Shown here: positions 13,359-25,461 of the stretch, in pieces
Numbering within the stretch: the stretch's first letter is position 1
How the letters are laid out: each line of letters opens with the position of its first letter
NCBI RefSeq assembly: GCF_021028975.2
Contig: NC_059428.1
Coordinates: 27,962,001 to 28,026,000, forward strand
Length of the DNA stretch: 64,000 nucleotides
DNA from: Sphaerodactylus townsendi
Taxonomy: Eukaryota
Reading direction: 5' to 3'
Program-made: the position numbers and the translations under genes
The notes under the pieces: generated by a model
What the model was told of the DNA's origin: nothing
Database searches by the model: none
Seen by the model: the letters and a program-made list of their open reading frames with translations, nothing else

Positions 13359-13537
13359 CACAGCTCCATTATCTGGCATCATTGGTGTCCCAATGTTTGC
13401 AGCTCCTTCTGGCCCCAAGGAAGGACCAGGACCCATTGCAGGGCCAGGCATTGTTCCTCTGTTGTTCATATTCATACCCATCATTGGAGGAGGAGGAGGA
13501 GGACCTTGGTTTCCAGCAGGTGCTGGGCTAAAGGCAT
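13359..13537 (-). CDS. PSPC1: PSPC1 coding exon 8 (Pro/Gly/Met-rich low-complexity region)
   Basis: TTTTGCATAG|AT; [60 protein letters not shown]; donor GTG|GTAATG; 179 nt. Confidence 0.95.
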
Positions 13538-14178
13538 CTATGCAAAACAGTCTACACTTAGAGCTGTCCTAGCTGAATTTGAAATAATTAAAAATATACA
13601 ACAAATAAAACTGTACAAAACATCCATTATTTGAAATAAATTAAGTTTGATTCTTTGAGACTGTACATTTACTTCCACTCTCTGCCTTGAAGCAGGAATT
13701 ACTGAAAGTTACTGCTGCAATGAAACTGAAAGCTTCATAACGAATTCCATCCAGACATCTTTTTTACTATGTGTCACCCAATTCCCCTTTTTACTACAAC
13801 TCTTGTTCGTTTTGTTTACACATAGCTCTCAACATAGCTTTTTCTTTCAGTCATCAAAGGGGAGCCCTCCTACCTTTTACACCAGCAGAAAAGGTGGTCA
13901 GATCCAACCCACTGCCTGCAAGAAACAGCTGAATACAGAATACTACGGTTACTGTCCACAATAACTTTTTCATATGCCCCAATTTAGAGTACTTTTATAT
14001 GGCTGTCCTGGGAGAGCAGTATTATTTCCCTGGCAACCTTCTTGAGACATGGTACAGAATGTTAGGAAAGTGGAGGAAAGCCAGATATATTTGCATTGTA
14101 TCTAGATTGGGGCTTAATTTGAAGTTGCTGCTCAATTTGTTACAGTTTTTACATGTTGAAACTGACGATGTCACTAAA

Positions 14179-16840
14179 TATTTATTTATTTATTTATACC
14201 CCACCCTGCCCCCAACGGGCTCAGGGCAGCTTACAATGGCATAAAGCCAAAAATCATCCACAAAATTCCTATAAATAACAATCAATAAAATAAAATCATA
14301 AAACGATTTAAAACAATCCAACTAAAAACTCAGATGGCAAGACATGCTGTTTCTCCCACAGGAGGTTCAGGGGAGATATCGTAATCAGGAAACATCTGGC
14401 TGGCTTGATAGAAAGGCCTGGCAGAACATCTGTTTTATAGACCCTGCAGAACTGGGTAAAGTTCCACAGGGCCCTGATGTTATATGGCAGCATGTTCCAC
14501 TAGTTACAGCCAGCCGGATATCCCTCAGGACTGGGACCACCAGTAGACTCCCCTTCGCTGAGCAAAGAGATATCTGAGAGCGGTATTGGGAGATGCAGTC
14601 CTGCAAGTATGTGGGTCCAAGGCAACATATGGCCTTATAGGTTAACACCAAAACTCTGAAGATGATCTGGTACTCGACAGGCAGCCAGTGTACATATTCC
14701 AGGACCGGAGTTATATGGTCTCTGCTGGCTGCTCCTGTAAGCAGCCTCATGGTTACATTTTAGACAAGTTTTAATTTCCAGATCAGCAACAAAGGTAAGC
14801 CAGCGTACAGCGAGTTGCAGTAATCTAGTGTAGAGATGACAGTTGCATGGATGACTGCGGTGAGGTCGGACTAGGAGAGGTAGGGGGCCAACTGCTTAGC
14901 CTGGCGAAGGTGGAAAAAAGCAGCCTGGGCTGTTCTTGTGACCTGGTCCTCCAACCAAAGGACAGAGTCCAAGGTCACATCAAAACTCTTCACTGATTAA
15001 GTCAGATGTAGGGCCTCAACATCTAAGGCTAGCAGTTGGAAGTTCCCCAGCCTCTCCCCCCAACCCAGCCACAGTATCTCAGTCTTTGCTAGATTCAGTC
15101 TGCTCGTTTTCAACCAGCCAGCCACAACTTCTAAACAATACTGGAGATCATCAGGGGCAGAGTCCAGCTGACCCTCCATTGTAAGGATGAGTTCGGTGTC
15201 ATCAGCAAACTCATGGCACTGTAAACCACAGCTCTGTATCAACAGGGCTAGGGATCGCTTGAAGATGTTAAATAACATTGGGGAAAGGATGGCTTCCTAT
15301 AGCACTCCACACCTGATGGGGTGTCTCTTTGATACACCCCCCACCCCCCGGACATCACCTGCAATCCTGGGCCCTGGAGGAAAGAGGTCATCCAGCGCAA
15401 GGCTGTCCCTCTAAATTTGGTGTTGGCGAGGCGGTGGACCAGATATTCATGGTCTGCTACATCAAATGCTGCGGTAAGATCTAATAATACCAGCAGCGTA
15501 GTCCCACCTTGATCCAATTGGAGCCAGAGCTCATTTACAACGGCGAGTAGCATGGTCTCCATCCTATGACCAGCACAGAAACCGGACTGGTAGGGATCCA
15601 ACACCTTTGTGTCATCCAGGAAAATCTGTAGCTGTTTCGCAACTGCTCTCTCAATTATTGTCAAAGCCAAAGGATTTCAAGATGGTCTTTTTAGAGTGAG
15701 TGGACTACTGTCTCTTTTAACTGCCCTGGAAACACTCCTTGCTCAAGGGAGAAGCTGATAATTTTCAGCAGAGGGTCCCGTAGTACTTCCTCACTGGTCT
15801 TCGCCAGCCAGGATGGGTATGGGTCAAGGGGACAAGTAGTAGATCGAGTAGCAGCCAGAATCCTGTTGACATCAGTGTGGTTAAGAAGTCTGAGTTGGTC
15901 TAGACCAGGGGTAGGGAACCTGCGGCTCTCCAGATGTTCAGGAACTACAATTCCCATCAGCCTCTGTCAGCATGGCCAATTGGCCATGCTGGTAGGGGCT
16001 GATGGGAATTGTAGTTCCTGAACATCTGGAGAGCCGCAGGTTCCCTACCCCTGGTCTAGACAAGGACCAGAAGACGGGCAAGGGGCCTCTAGTTCATTTA
16101 CTGTGTTAAATATGGCAGGAAGGTCGTGGCAGAGAGACAAGATTTTTATCTGCGAAAAAGCTTGCAAACATCTCACAGCTAAATACCAATCCCTGAGATT
16201 TGGGACCTGTATTCAAGATCGTAAGTGTCTGAATAATTGTGCCGGGTGTGAGCTTGCATTCTTGCAGGCTTTCATAAGCGTCCTAAATGAGTGCCTCGAT
16301 TCCTTGTCACGAGTATGCCACCACACTCACTCCAGTTGTCTCAGTTCCTATTTAGTCCTCCTCAGCGTACCAAGGGGCCAATTTGGACCAGGGATGGAGA
16401 GGATGCCTTGGTGCAACAATCTTGATCACTTGAGAGAGCTTGGTTTCCCAGCTCCCTATCAGCTCTTTCAGAGTTGCCAACAGGTGGTGACTCCCACAGG
16501 ATGTTCTGGAACCCAATCGGGTCCATAAGTCTCCACGGGTGGGCCCAAATATGCCCATCACTTAAGCGGCTGGGGTGAGAGAATAGCTATTTCAATCCAG
16601 ACCTTCAGAGCGAAGTGGTAGGACCATGGCATTCTATCTATGGAGGATAGGACCACACACACACCCCGCCCCAGAGATCAAATCCAGAGTGTAGCCACCC
16701 TGATGAGTGGGGCCCTTGACATTCATAAGGGAGAGACCTAGTGTTGCCATGGATGACACTAGATCCGTGGCCACTGAAGATGAGACTCTGAAGAACAAAG
16801 TCATTTGGAATGATGTAGAAGATCAAATCAATTAAATCCC
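14179..16840 (-). mobile_element. L2-clade LINE, 5'-truncated, decayed ORF2 (APE end plus RT) in PSPC1 intron 7
   Basis: ORF fragments LDPYQSGF...ETMLL...LLVLLDLTAAFD, FADDTEL, HITPVLEYVHWLPVEYQIIFRVLVLTYKA and GPTHQGGYTLDL; (ATTT)n tail at 14179-14196. Confidence 0.88.
15906..16053. mobile_element. Palindromic 148-bp hAT MITE nested in the L2
   Basis: Almost perfect inverted repeat over its whole length; TIR CAGGGGTAGGGAACC; perfect 8-bp TSD GTCTAGAC (15898-15905, 16054-16061). Confidence 0.92.
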
Positions 16841-17326
16841 AAGGCTTTCAATAAATGTAAAATGCACAGAGGCAATAAACCAGCTGAAACCAGTCAGGAG
16901 CACTTATATTGAAGATATAAGCAATACTTCAATTTACTGATAAGAGCAATGAGAGGTTGGCTCACAATTAGAAATCTAAAAAGACACCACGGTAATGTAA
17001 GAATACTTTCATTACATTTTTACACAAAATTCAAGTATAGCTATTCCACCAGTAGATAGTCTTGTACAATAAAATTATTCATTGACAGGTAGTAATTGAG
17101 TTCTAATTACCTTGTTGGCAATAGTCATCCTTATGGCATTAGTCATTTGAGCAGCACTAATGCCATAAGAATGATGAAACAAACGTGAAACAATACTACA
17201 AAGAAAAACGAAGAAAATTAAATTCCTCTTTTAAGACTGAACTAGATGCAACTGTGTTTGTTGTAGACATATGGGGGAAGAGATCTAATTTTTACCTTAA
17301 GGGCAATATGAGGTTCACTCCAGGCA

Positions 17327-18243
17327 CAGGAAATCGGGAAACCCGCTCACTGAAAGGCCGCGATAAGCTGCTCTTCCGCCGCTGTTCTGGCGGCTCCATT
17401 ACGGAGCCGCCGCCGGCCCCATCCTCTCATCAAAGCATCTATCGCCCATCGCCGGGCTAGAAGCTGCTACCGCCGCTGGCTTGTTTCCCCGCTTCTGCCC
17501 TTCTACTTGCAGGGGTAAGCCCGCCCCAGCTGTCGGCTGCCGGTTTCACCGGCTCCCATCTTCGCCTCGCTTCCTGCAGGGGATGGGCAGGGCGCATCCA
17601 TCGCCTCAGTGCTGGAGCAGGCCGCTGGAGCTTGCTTCCCGCTTCTCGCTGGTTGGCGGGTGAATGCGCTTCCCGCTGCTGGCTGCTTGCCGCCAGTCGC
17701 TATCTTCGCCTCGCCCCTGCAGGGAGCAGGGTGGGCGCATCCATCACCCAAGGCCAGCTAGGGCGTAGTGTTCTCGGGCGGCCGGCGTACCGCTGCCGAA
17801 CTGTCCGCCAGCCCCATCTTCGGCCTCGCCTTTGAGGGGCAGCAGGGCTGGCGATCCATTGCCTCGTCATTGCCGGGCTAGGCTGGCGCCCGCTGGCTTA
17901 GCTTTTCGCCCGCTTAGTTGCAGGGCGAAGGCTTCCCGGCGGGGTTACAGCCGAAATGGTTAACACGGTCTTCTATCTTTGCCCGCCTTCCGTAGGGAGC
18001 AGGAGCAGGCGCATCCATCGCCTGCCTGCCAAGCTAGAATAGCCGCTGCTGGTTTTGCCTCCTCACCGCCTCTGCTGGTTATGGGTTGCCAGTTGCCCCA
18101 TTCCTCACCTTCCGCCCTGCTGCAAGCTGCGAGGCTGGCGCGCGGGCGGAGCCGCGGGGGAGGCGTGCGAGCCAGCGGGTAGGGGGGTGAGAGGGGAGGG
18201 TGAGCCAAATGGCTCTTTGAGGGGAAAAGGTTCCCGACCCCTG
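17327..18243 (-). mobile_element. hAT element of the same family as 3595-4026, with expanded GC-rich internal tandem repeats
   Basis: Right end GAGCCAAATGGCTCTTTGA...GGTTCCCGACCCCTG is the reverse complement of the start of the 3595 element. Repeated CCTGCAGGGAGCAGGGTGGGCGCATCCATC-like units near 17573, 17716, 17835 and 17990. Confidence 0.7.
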
Positions 18244-19881
18244 ACCTAGCATGATAAAGAAAAGGATGTTATCATGATGCAGGATACAGACTCCTTTCCC
18301 CTTATATCTGAATAGGGCACACATGGGAACAAACTTGCTGGCCTCCATCACGTCTACGTTAGCTCAAAAAAGAAATTATAGAATTCTAATCATATCAAAC
18401 CAAGAAAGGTACATGAATATAGCTTTTTCATGCATTTAACATATAAAACGATCACCAGCTACCATTTTATAGTCTTTCAAATGCCATCATTTCTAAAAAT
18501 TCTATTTCTAGTAGGGTTCACAAACAAGAAGCTGCAAAGTTCAAAAATTTTAGAGAGAGGAGAGAAATGAAACAATTCTTCAAAAATATATTGTTTTAAA
18601 AATAATTGTCAAACTACATAAAGTGAACCAGGAGATGAAATCCACCAGTAATTTCCATGAATGAAAAGGACTCCTGTTCATGGTGCGGGATTTTGTCACC
18701 GCCTTCCTGATGCAGCCTAACCTCACCCCCCCCTCCTCCACCCACAGAAGAGTACTGCTCTTAGAAGGTGCTCTAGAAACCACATGAAGGGGTAATCAAC
18801 AAAAATCATACCCTACACATTACAGGAATTAGTGCCAGCTTACACAAAGTCTCTCAACCAAGCATTTTTCCTGCGAGAGATCATATGCTTCTATCTGGTA
18901 GTATGGTGTTTGAATTTCAGAAAAGTCAAGGGACTGAGTGGAAGCAGAAATGCTGTGCCTCTATTATGAAGCACCATTATGCCCAGACCAAGGATATAGA
19001 TTTCCACAGTCCCACACTTTTAAGGTTCCATGCTGTCGTCATGTTCCAATGAATTAACCACACAAGCTTTGAAAAGCATCTAATGTGTTAAAACAGAACT
19101 CACCAAGGTGTTCTAGTATGCTATCACCATGCTCCTCACTGAGCTGTTCACAGTAAGTGGTTTTGTTTTAAAGTGATTTGTAAACTAAAGGGTATTATTA
19201 AAGCAATCTATAAACTGAGGCAGGATATTAGTGAAATGAGAAATCTGCCATGAAGTCAAATATTTTCCAGTAAAATCTGAATATGGTCAGACAATACTAA
19301 AACAAACCTAAGGGAAGCAGGCTGAATGTAAGTATGAAGCACTGTATGACCCATACCCAGTCAATAAGTCTTGTTTAGCAATCACTGAAGGCTGTGCCTG
19401 TAGACTGACAGTAGAAGACTGCACTTCTGTAAATTCTGAACAAGCAGTTCTACCTGTACTCAAGGCATACAATCATCACAATGACAATCACCATAAATGT
19501 GTTTTGTTGGCTAATTAAATGAAAAGGTTTTAAAAGACAGGCCAAAGGCAACACACGGGCAAGAGCTTCTCATATCAAAGATGAAAGCTCTTGAAATGTA
19601 AACTGTTACTTGTGCTAGACATAAATGACATTTTGCTTTTCTTTTAAAACTTTCAAGTATTTATGGCAGCCCAGAAATCCATGCTTTTAAAGATCTGTCA
19701 TCCATACGTATCATGTTTACTTGCACTTTACCAATTAATTAAGATACTTATTGAAGTCAAGATTTACCAGATTGAGGTTTGTTGTAAGAATGTTCGACAT
19801 ATGATACTTGTAAGTAACATGTACAGTCTCAAAGAAGATTTTTTAAACAAACAAAAAGAGCCTTTTGCTTTGGATCCGTAC

Positions 19882-19939
19882 CTCCCATGTTTATTGCTCC
19901 ACGAGGACCCATATCACCCATTCTCATTTCCTGTTCTCT
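19882..19939 (-). CDS. PSPC1: PSPC1 coding exon 7
   Basis: TTTCAG|AGAGAACAG; REQEMRMGDMGPRGAINMG; donor GAG|GTACGG; 58 nt. Too short for the ORF track; read manually. Confidence 0.95.
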
Positions 19940-21647
19940 CTGAAAGTAAACATAATTTTCATCATCAACCTACCACTTTATTACTTCAACGTTCTCATCT
20001 TTTCAAGAAATACCAAATTGCAGTTAGGCCATCACTTTAAGAAACAGAACTAATTCTCCAGTTTACATAGGTCTAAAATAAAACCTCCACAAAATTGAAT
20101 TAAAACATTAACAAAAAAAAATAAAGTCAGTTTTGACCTGTCTGGACATTATTGTGCCATCAGGTATTTGTTGACATATATCCTTTCAATAGTTAAAACA
20201 AATGGTGGGAGGAAAAGGGCAGGAAATGCACAACCTGAGATCTTTCAGACCTAGCACCCAGAAGAATCCAGGAAGCACAGTAGTATCTGTTCAGTTAGAA
20301 ATGATCCATAAATTTAACTGAAATCTCTATAGCATAAGGCTTGTGTATTTCTGGTCTCTATGCATGCATCCATAGCTCCACAGATAATGTCCAGGGTGGG
20401 AACAACATTTCTTAATCTCATAAACCGTGGCTACTTCTATACTGGACTACTAAGTACGCATGCCATTCTATTTTCACTGAGTGCAGCAAACCTTTATATA
20501 CATGTATGTCATAGCATGTATGTCCTAGAATGATTTTGGGTGAGTGCTGTCACAGGCATAAACGAGACTTAGGTAACCACTACAAAATCTATGGCCAACT
20601 AAACAACAGATCACAGAGAACATGTTTTCATAGTTCCTATTTTTGTGTTAAACTGTTATGGTAATCATATGTCAACCTTATTGCTTAAAAAAAAATCAGG
20701 TCCACAAGAAATGAGGTAAGAAAGTACAATATTTACCAAATGCCAAGATAGGACTCACCATCTATCTTGCATTTAAGGCAATACAAACAATAACACACAC
20801 TATTTTTAAAAAGTTAAAATTAAACAACTGCCATCAGGATGAGTGTAGAAACCTTAAAATTCTATAAAATTAAGTGCAGAAAGCCCTATTACATTTCACA
20901 AACATTTAACAATAACGAAAAAACAGATTGCATATTAGCTTCAATGTGATTCAGAACAAAATTAATAGTCATGAACCCAGTGAGCCACACTACAACATCT
21001 GATGTATAAATATCAAAACTGTAAAAATGGAATTACATAAGTGCAATCAGTGAAGAAAGACATCTCTGTGTCTTTATTTAAAACATCATGTCCGCTTGTT
21101 CTTCGACAATACATCATGCTGCATTTTCTTCATCAAAACATAGTTGTTTTCACAAAACATAGTTAGTTTCTTTTTGGTAATATTTAAAAATACAGCATAA
21201 ACCTGCAAAGAATAATTCACAAGTCCAAATCAAAAAAATTTTTTATAATGCTTAAAAATGACAGAATATCCAGACAGCTTACATGACGTTGCTCAGCCAG
21301 TTTTCACTTGGCACACAATGGGAATTTGCAATGTCAATGGTACAGAAATAAGGCACCACAAGATCCAATGATTTTTCCAGGACAAGACAAGCATGAATAG
21401 TACAGCAGAAATGCAGGCAGAAGGCACTTGGATAAGTGAACATATTAAAAAAAAAGATTTAGTATTTGAAAGGAAAAGGTGCCATGATTTGAAGTAGAAG
21501 GCAAAACTCAGGATGCTTGTCTACAGAAAATGCATGAAGGCTTTGTTAAAACAAGACTGCACATGCCTGTCAAAAATGCTCAGTATCCACCTTGGAGACC
21601 TCGTACTGCCTTTGTTTCTGTAACACTGCCCTGCTAGCAGCCTTAGT

Positions 21648-21845
21648 GGTCCAATCCAATCAGACCTCAGAAGGTGAGCAGGGTCAGTTCCTGGATGGGA
21701 GACCACCAAGGAAGACTGGAGCTGCTATGCAGAGGAAGGCAAAGACAACCCACCTCTGCTCATCGCTTGCCTTGAAAACCCCATGAGGTGGAACTTTCAT
21801 AGGGTCACCATGAGTCCATCACAACTCCAGCACACTTTACCTTTA
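21648..21845 (+). mobile_element. 5S rRNA-derived SINE with Sauria/BovB-like tail
   Basis: Decayed 5S head (CAGGGTCAG...GGATGGGAGACCACCAAGGAA) plus GAGGAAGGCAAAG...CCACCTCTG...CTTGAAAACCCC tail; same family as 63722-63925. Confidence 0.6.
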
Positions 21846-23546
21846 AACCCACACTCGAACTGCCTTCCTTACCTTAAACAAAACTTCCACTCAAAATAGA
21901 ATCCATATTTACAACAGGAAAAAACCCCACTATTCTTAGTTCCATATAGTGATGTAGATTTAACCCCTGGGCTGGATGCAAGATCAGGTAAAGAGGACAA
22001 TAAGAAAATCAAAACTATCTAATTTCATAGCTTGTCACTTCATTTCAAAATGTCACTGATTTTCAAAAAAGTATCTTTCACGTAAGCAGGCTGAAGTTAT
22101 TTTCATTGAAGCTCATAATGGGGAATTCAATACTCCTCAACATTTGGATAAGTTTTTCAGTTTTCCAAAAGCAGAAGTGGCATTTCACTCTAAAAACTCT
22201 TGAACACACAACTAAGTAACCACTTGGCCACATTAGCCACTTAGTGATCAGATCCCCACAATTACTATTAGACAGCTCACTTTCTTGAGGTAAAAACAAC
22301 GTGACACATTCTCAGATATTTCGTACTACTTTTTACCTAAATCAGCATTTTTCTTTATCCTCAGACTGCAGAAATATACAGCATTTCACCTGCAGCAGAA
22401 GATCCCTAAAATCTACTGCATGTTCTCCTGTCTTCCCAGTAACTCCTCACTGCAAGAGCATTTAGAACACTTTTACAGCAGCATTTTCAAATGCTGTCCT
22501 CAGGCCTGAAGTACAAGGACAATTCCAGAGGGTGCACAAAGCTTAATTCACAGTACTTCCGTCTGGATTATTATTATTATTACAAACTTCTCAAACAAAA
22601 GAATGATAATAGTCCTATTCATTGGGGCTCAAGAAACACTGGTGAGTAATGAGGAACAGAACTCCTGGTCAGCTCGTTTTCTTTACCACTACAAAGACTG
22701 TCATAGGGAAGATGGGGAGTTTCCTACATGCCACATTAACCTGTTCAGGGGCACAGAGTGCAGCGCTTTAGAGTTAGATCTTCACTAGGTAGGATGGGAG
22801 CCAATGATTCTTTGCATGCCCTGGCCCCAAGCCTTTTAGAGCCTTGGAAATAACAACCAGTGGTTTGAATTGTGCCTAGAAACAAATGGGTAGCCAGCGC
22901 AGACCTTTCGGCACAAGAATGATACAATCCCTGTAGCTAACCTCTGATAGCAAGTAGCCTGTCTCTTGCACTGTGGACCAACTGAAGTTTCCACACCATT
23001 TTCAAAGGCAGCCCCATGCTTCTCTCGTCTAAAAAGGACAACTGATCACATGAACCGACCATTACTGAAACTCAAAGCAGCTCACTAATTTGTTCGTTTT
23101 AGTACCCTGCTAACAACTAACTCATATCATACCTTGTCTTCCTCCTCCTCCCAGATGCCCACATTGGCATGCAAGAATTAAAGGTGCCCACTGAGGGAAA
23201 CGACTCCTCCCCCCTCAATACCATGTCAACAGTTCCCTCCTGCTTGTCATTCTGTTCACAGATGCCTGCCCCTCTTCCCAGATCCCTGCATCACCATGCA
23301 GCAGTTAACAGCAGTTGTGGCTGCCAGCAGTCCTGACTCTCCCCCAGAGAACAGCCAATGACTACTCCTCCTTAGGCAGTTGCACACAGTACAGTGACTG
23401 TAGTTATTCAGCACTGGGGGAGAATGGCAAATACATGAGAGAGTAACTACCACATTCCGCTGTTTTGTGCCTATTCTGTGTAAGCTCCACCCCCAAACCT
23501 GGTGCATGGTAAGGCAGGGTAATCGGGAGCCCAGGAGGCTGACCAT

Positions 23547-23647
23547 CTCATCAGCCTCTGTCAGCATGGCCAATTGGCCATGCTGCTAGGGGCTGATGGG
23601 AATTGTAGTTCCTGAACATCTGGAGAGCCGCAGGTTCCCTACCCCTG
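23547..23647. mobile_element. Partial copy of the palindromic hAT MITE
   Basis: CATCAGCCTCTGTCAGCATGGCCAATTGGCCATGCTG...GAGCCGCAGGTTCCCTACCCCTG, near-identical to 15955-16053. Confidence 0.8.
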
Positions 23648-24513
23648 GTGTAGCCTAACCTGTGATGGAATTAAGAGGGAGAGAATGGTCTTTCTACCTG
23701 GAATGCTGCCCTCTGACCTGGCAGAACAGTGCCCTGAACATAGGAGTCTGTTTGGATTCAGAACTCCATCTTGGGACTATGTCTGACCTTTTGGACAAAA
23801 ATGCCTAAAAGACCTCCTCCCTCAACTTCACCTCATGCCTGGCATGTACTCAGGAAACAGCATTTGAATATGAACAACAGCACATCTGGGCAACATCAGT
23901 TCTCTTTTGTCTATATCTCTTAACTCAAGGGTCTTCCTCTGACTCACCTTCCTTGTGACCATCTATGCTGTAACACTCATTAAGAGTCGTTACCTGTTTA
24001 TTGTCCACGCCCAGCGAAACCCATTCAAGACAATGGGTTAGCCATCAGGTCAATAGTCTGACACTCAAGACTATTGCCTCACCTGGAACAACAGGAAAAA
24101 TCAGTTGTTCAAGGATTTCCTTTGCCCCAAGACATGTTTCTCCCTATAAAAGCCCACCTCAGACCCCAGTTAGGTGTTCAATATTAATACTACACACCAC
24201 CATAGTGCTCGATAATATTGTTCCATCAGCACTGATCATTTCAGAGCCTAGTGCTGGCCCATTAGGTCTCTGTCTCCTGGACATCTACTACAAGACTGGT
24301 AAATATAAACTTTAATGTCCCATCCCTTCTCTATATATAACCAAAACCTGTCTTTCACCTCTAAATTACATCCTAGGAAACCTTGTATGTGTGTGTTTTT
24401 CCCCAAAAGCTGAATGATTGCGAGTGTGGTTTTATTTTATTTCATTATTTTCTCAATAAAACCCTTAAAAAATTTATTTTTCTCTGCTGCTTTCTTCTAA
24501 AGAGCTGAAACCC

Positions 24514-24794
24514 GTGATAAAGGTAGTTTCCTTTCAGTCCTGGTCCCACTCCTGCAGTACCACTGCAAGCAGGCATTTTACAGGCAAGCCGCTTTTGTGG
24601 GTAATCTGCCACGAGCTTTCCCTGCTGTTCTTTTACCCTCTAGCTATGAGCTAGGTACTCATTTACCGACCAAGCAATGGATTGATGGCTGAGTTGACCA
24701 TGAGCCAGCTGCCATGATATCTGACCCACAGGGGGTTCGAACTCCTGACCATGTGAGTGGCAGTGCAAGCACTAATCACTACGCCACGCGGCTC
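24514..24794 (-). mobile_element. tRNA-derived SINE (Sauria-type)
   Basis: Minus-strand head GGAGCCGCGTGGCGTAGTGATT (A box) ... GGAGTTCGAACCC (B box); flanked by direct repeat CTGAAACCC (24505 and 24795). Confidence 0.7.
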
Positions 24795-25368
24795 CTGAAA
24801 CCCATATACACAGGGAATATATATCGTGCTAAATGACCTTGTACTCTATAGCTAATTTCCCCAATCAAAGAGGGTTGTGTCATCCCATCATTTTGGGTAA
24901 CAATAGTGATTAGCTGGAAGTGAGTTGTTATCACCAGAGCCACTCTTCCTACCAGATATTTGAATCTAAGGCTAAAATTGAATCTCTAAGAAAAAATTGG
25001 CCTTAAGAGTACAGGAATAAAGGGAAGAAGCATTCTTCAAGGAGATGCTTCAACAGGGGGAGAGCAAAAGCTACAGAGTAAAATTATTACTGTTGGGGGG
25101 GAGGGGAAGAGGAACAGCAGAAAGACCATGGTGAAGAGAATGATCGTAGCATGAAATAGTGAGTTAGGAACATGATGGATTAAACAAAAGCAATATGTAT
25201 ATTCAAAGAAAACTTTTTCAAAATAACCACGACAATCCTTTTAAATTGCATTTTCCACCACTTCTTTTCAAGAAAAACAAACAATAAACTCAGTAGAAAA
25301 TAAATCACACATCTCTAGCTTAATCTTAGTTTAGCTTACCTGGAAGTTTCCTAGATAAAACATGGTCC

Positions 25369-25461
25369 GCTACAATTCCCATCAGCCCCTGTCAGCATGG
25401 CAGGGGCTGATGGGAATTGTAGTTCATGAACATCTGGAGAGCCGCAGGTTGCAGACCCCTG
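25369..25461. mobile_element. Partial palindromic hAT MITE
   Basis: CTACAATTCCCATCAGCCCCTG...GGGCTGATGGGAATTGTAGTTC...GAGCCGCAGGTTGCAGACCCCTG. Confidence 0.75.

Noticed and set aside
23661-24902. Possible third solo LTR (TATA near 24333, AATAAA near 24455) interrupted by a SINE
   Set aside because: No matching TSD found for any TG...CA boundary, so not listed as a feature.
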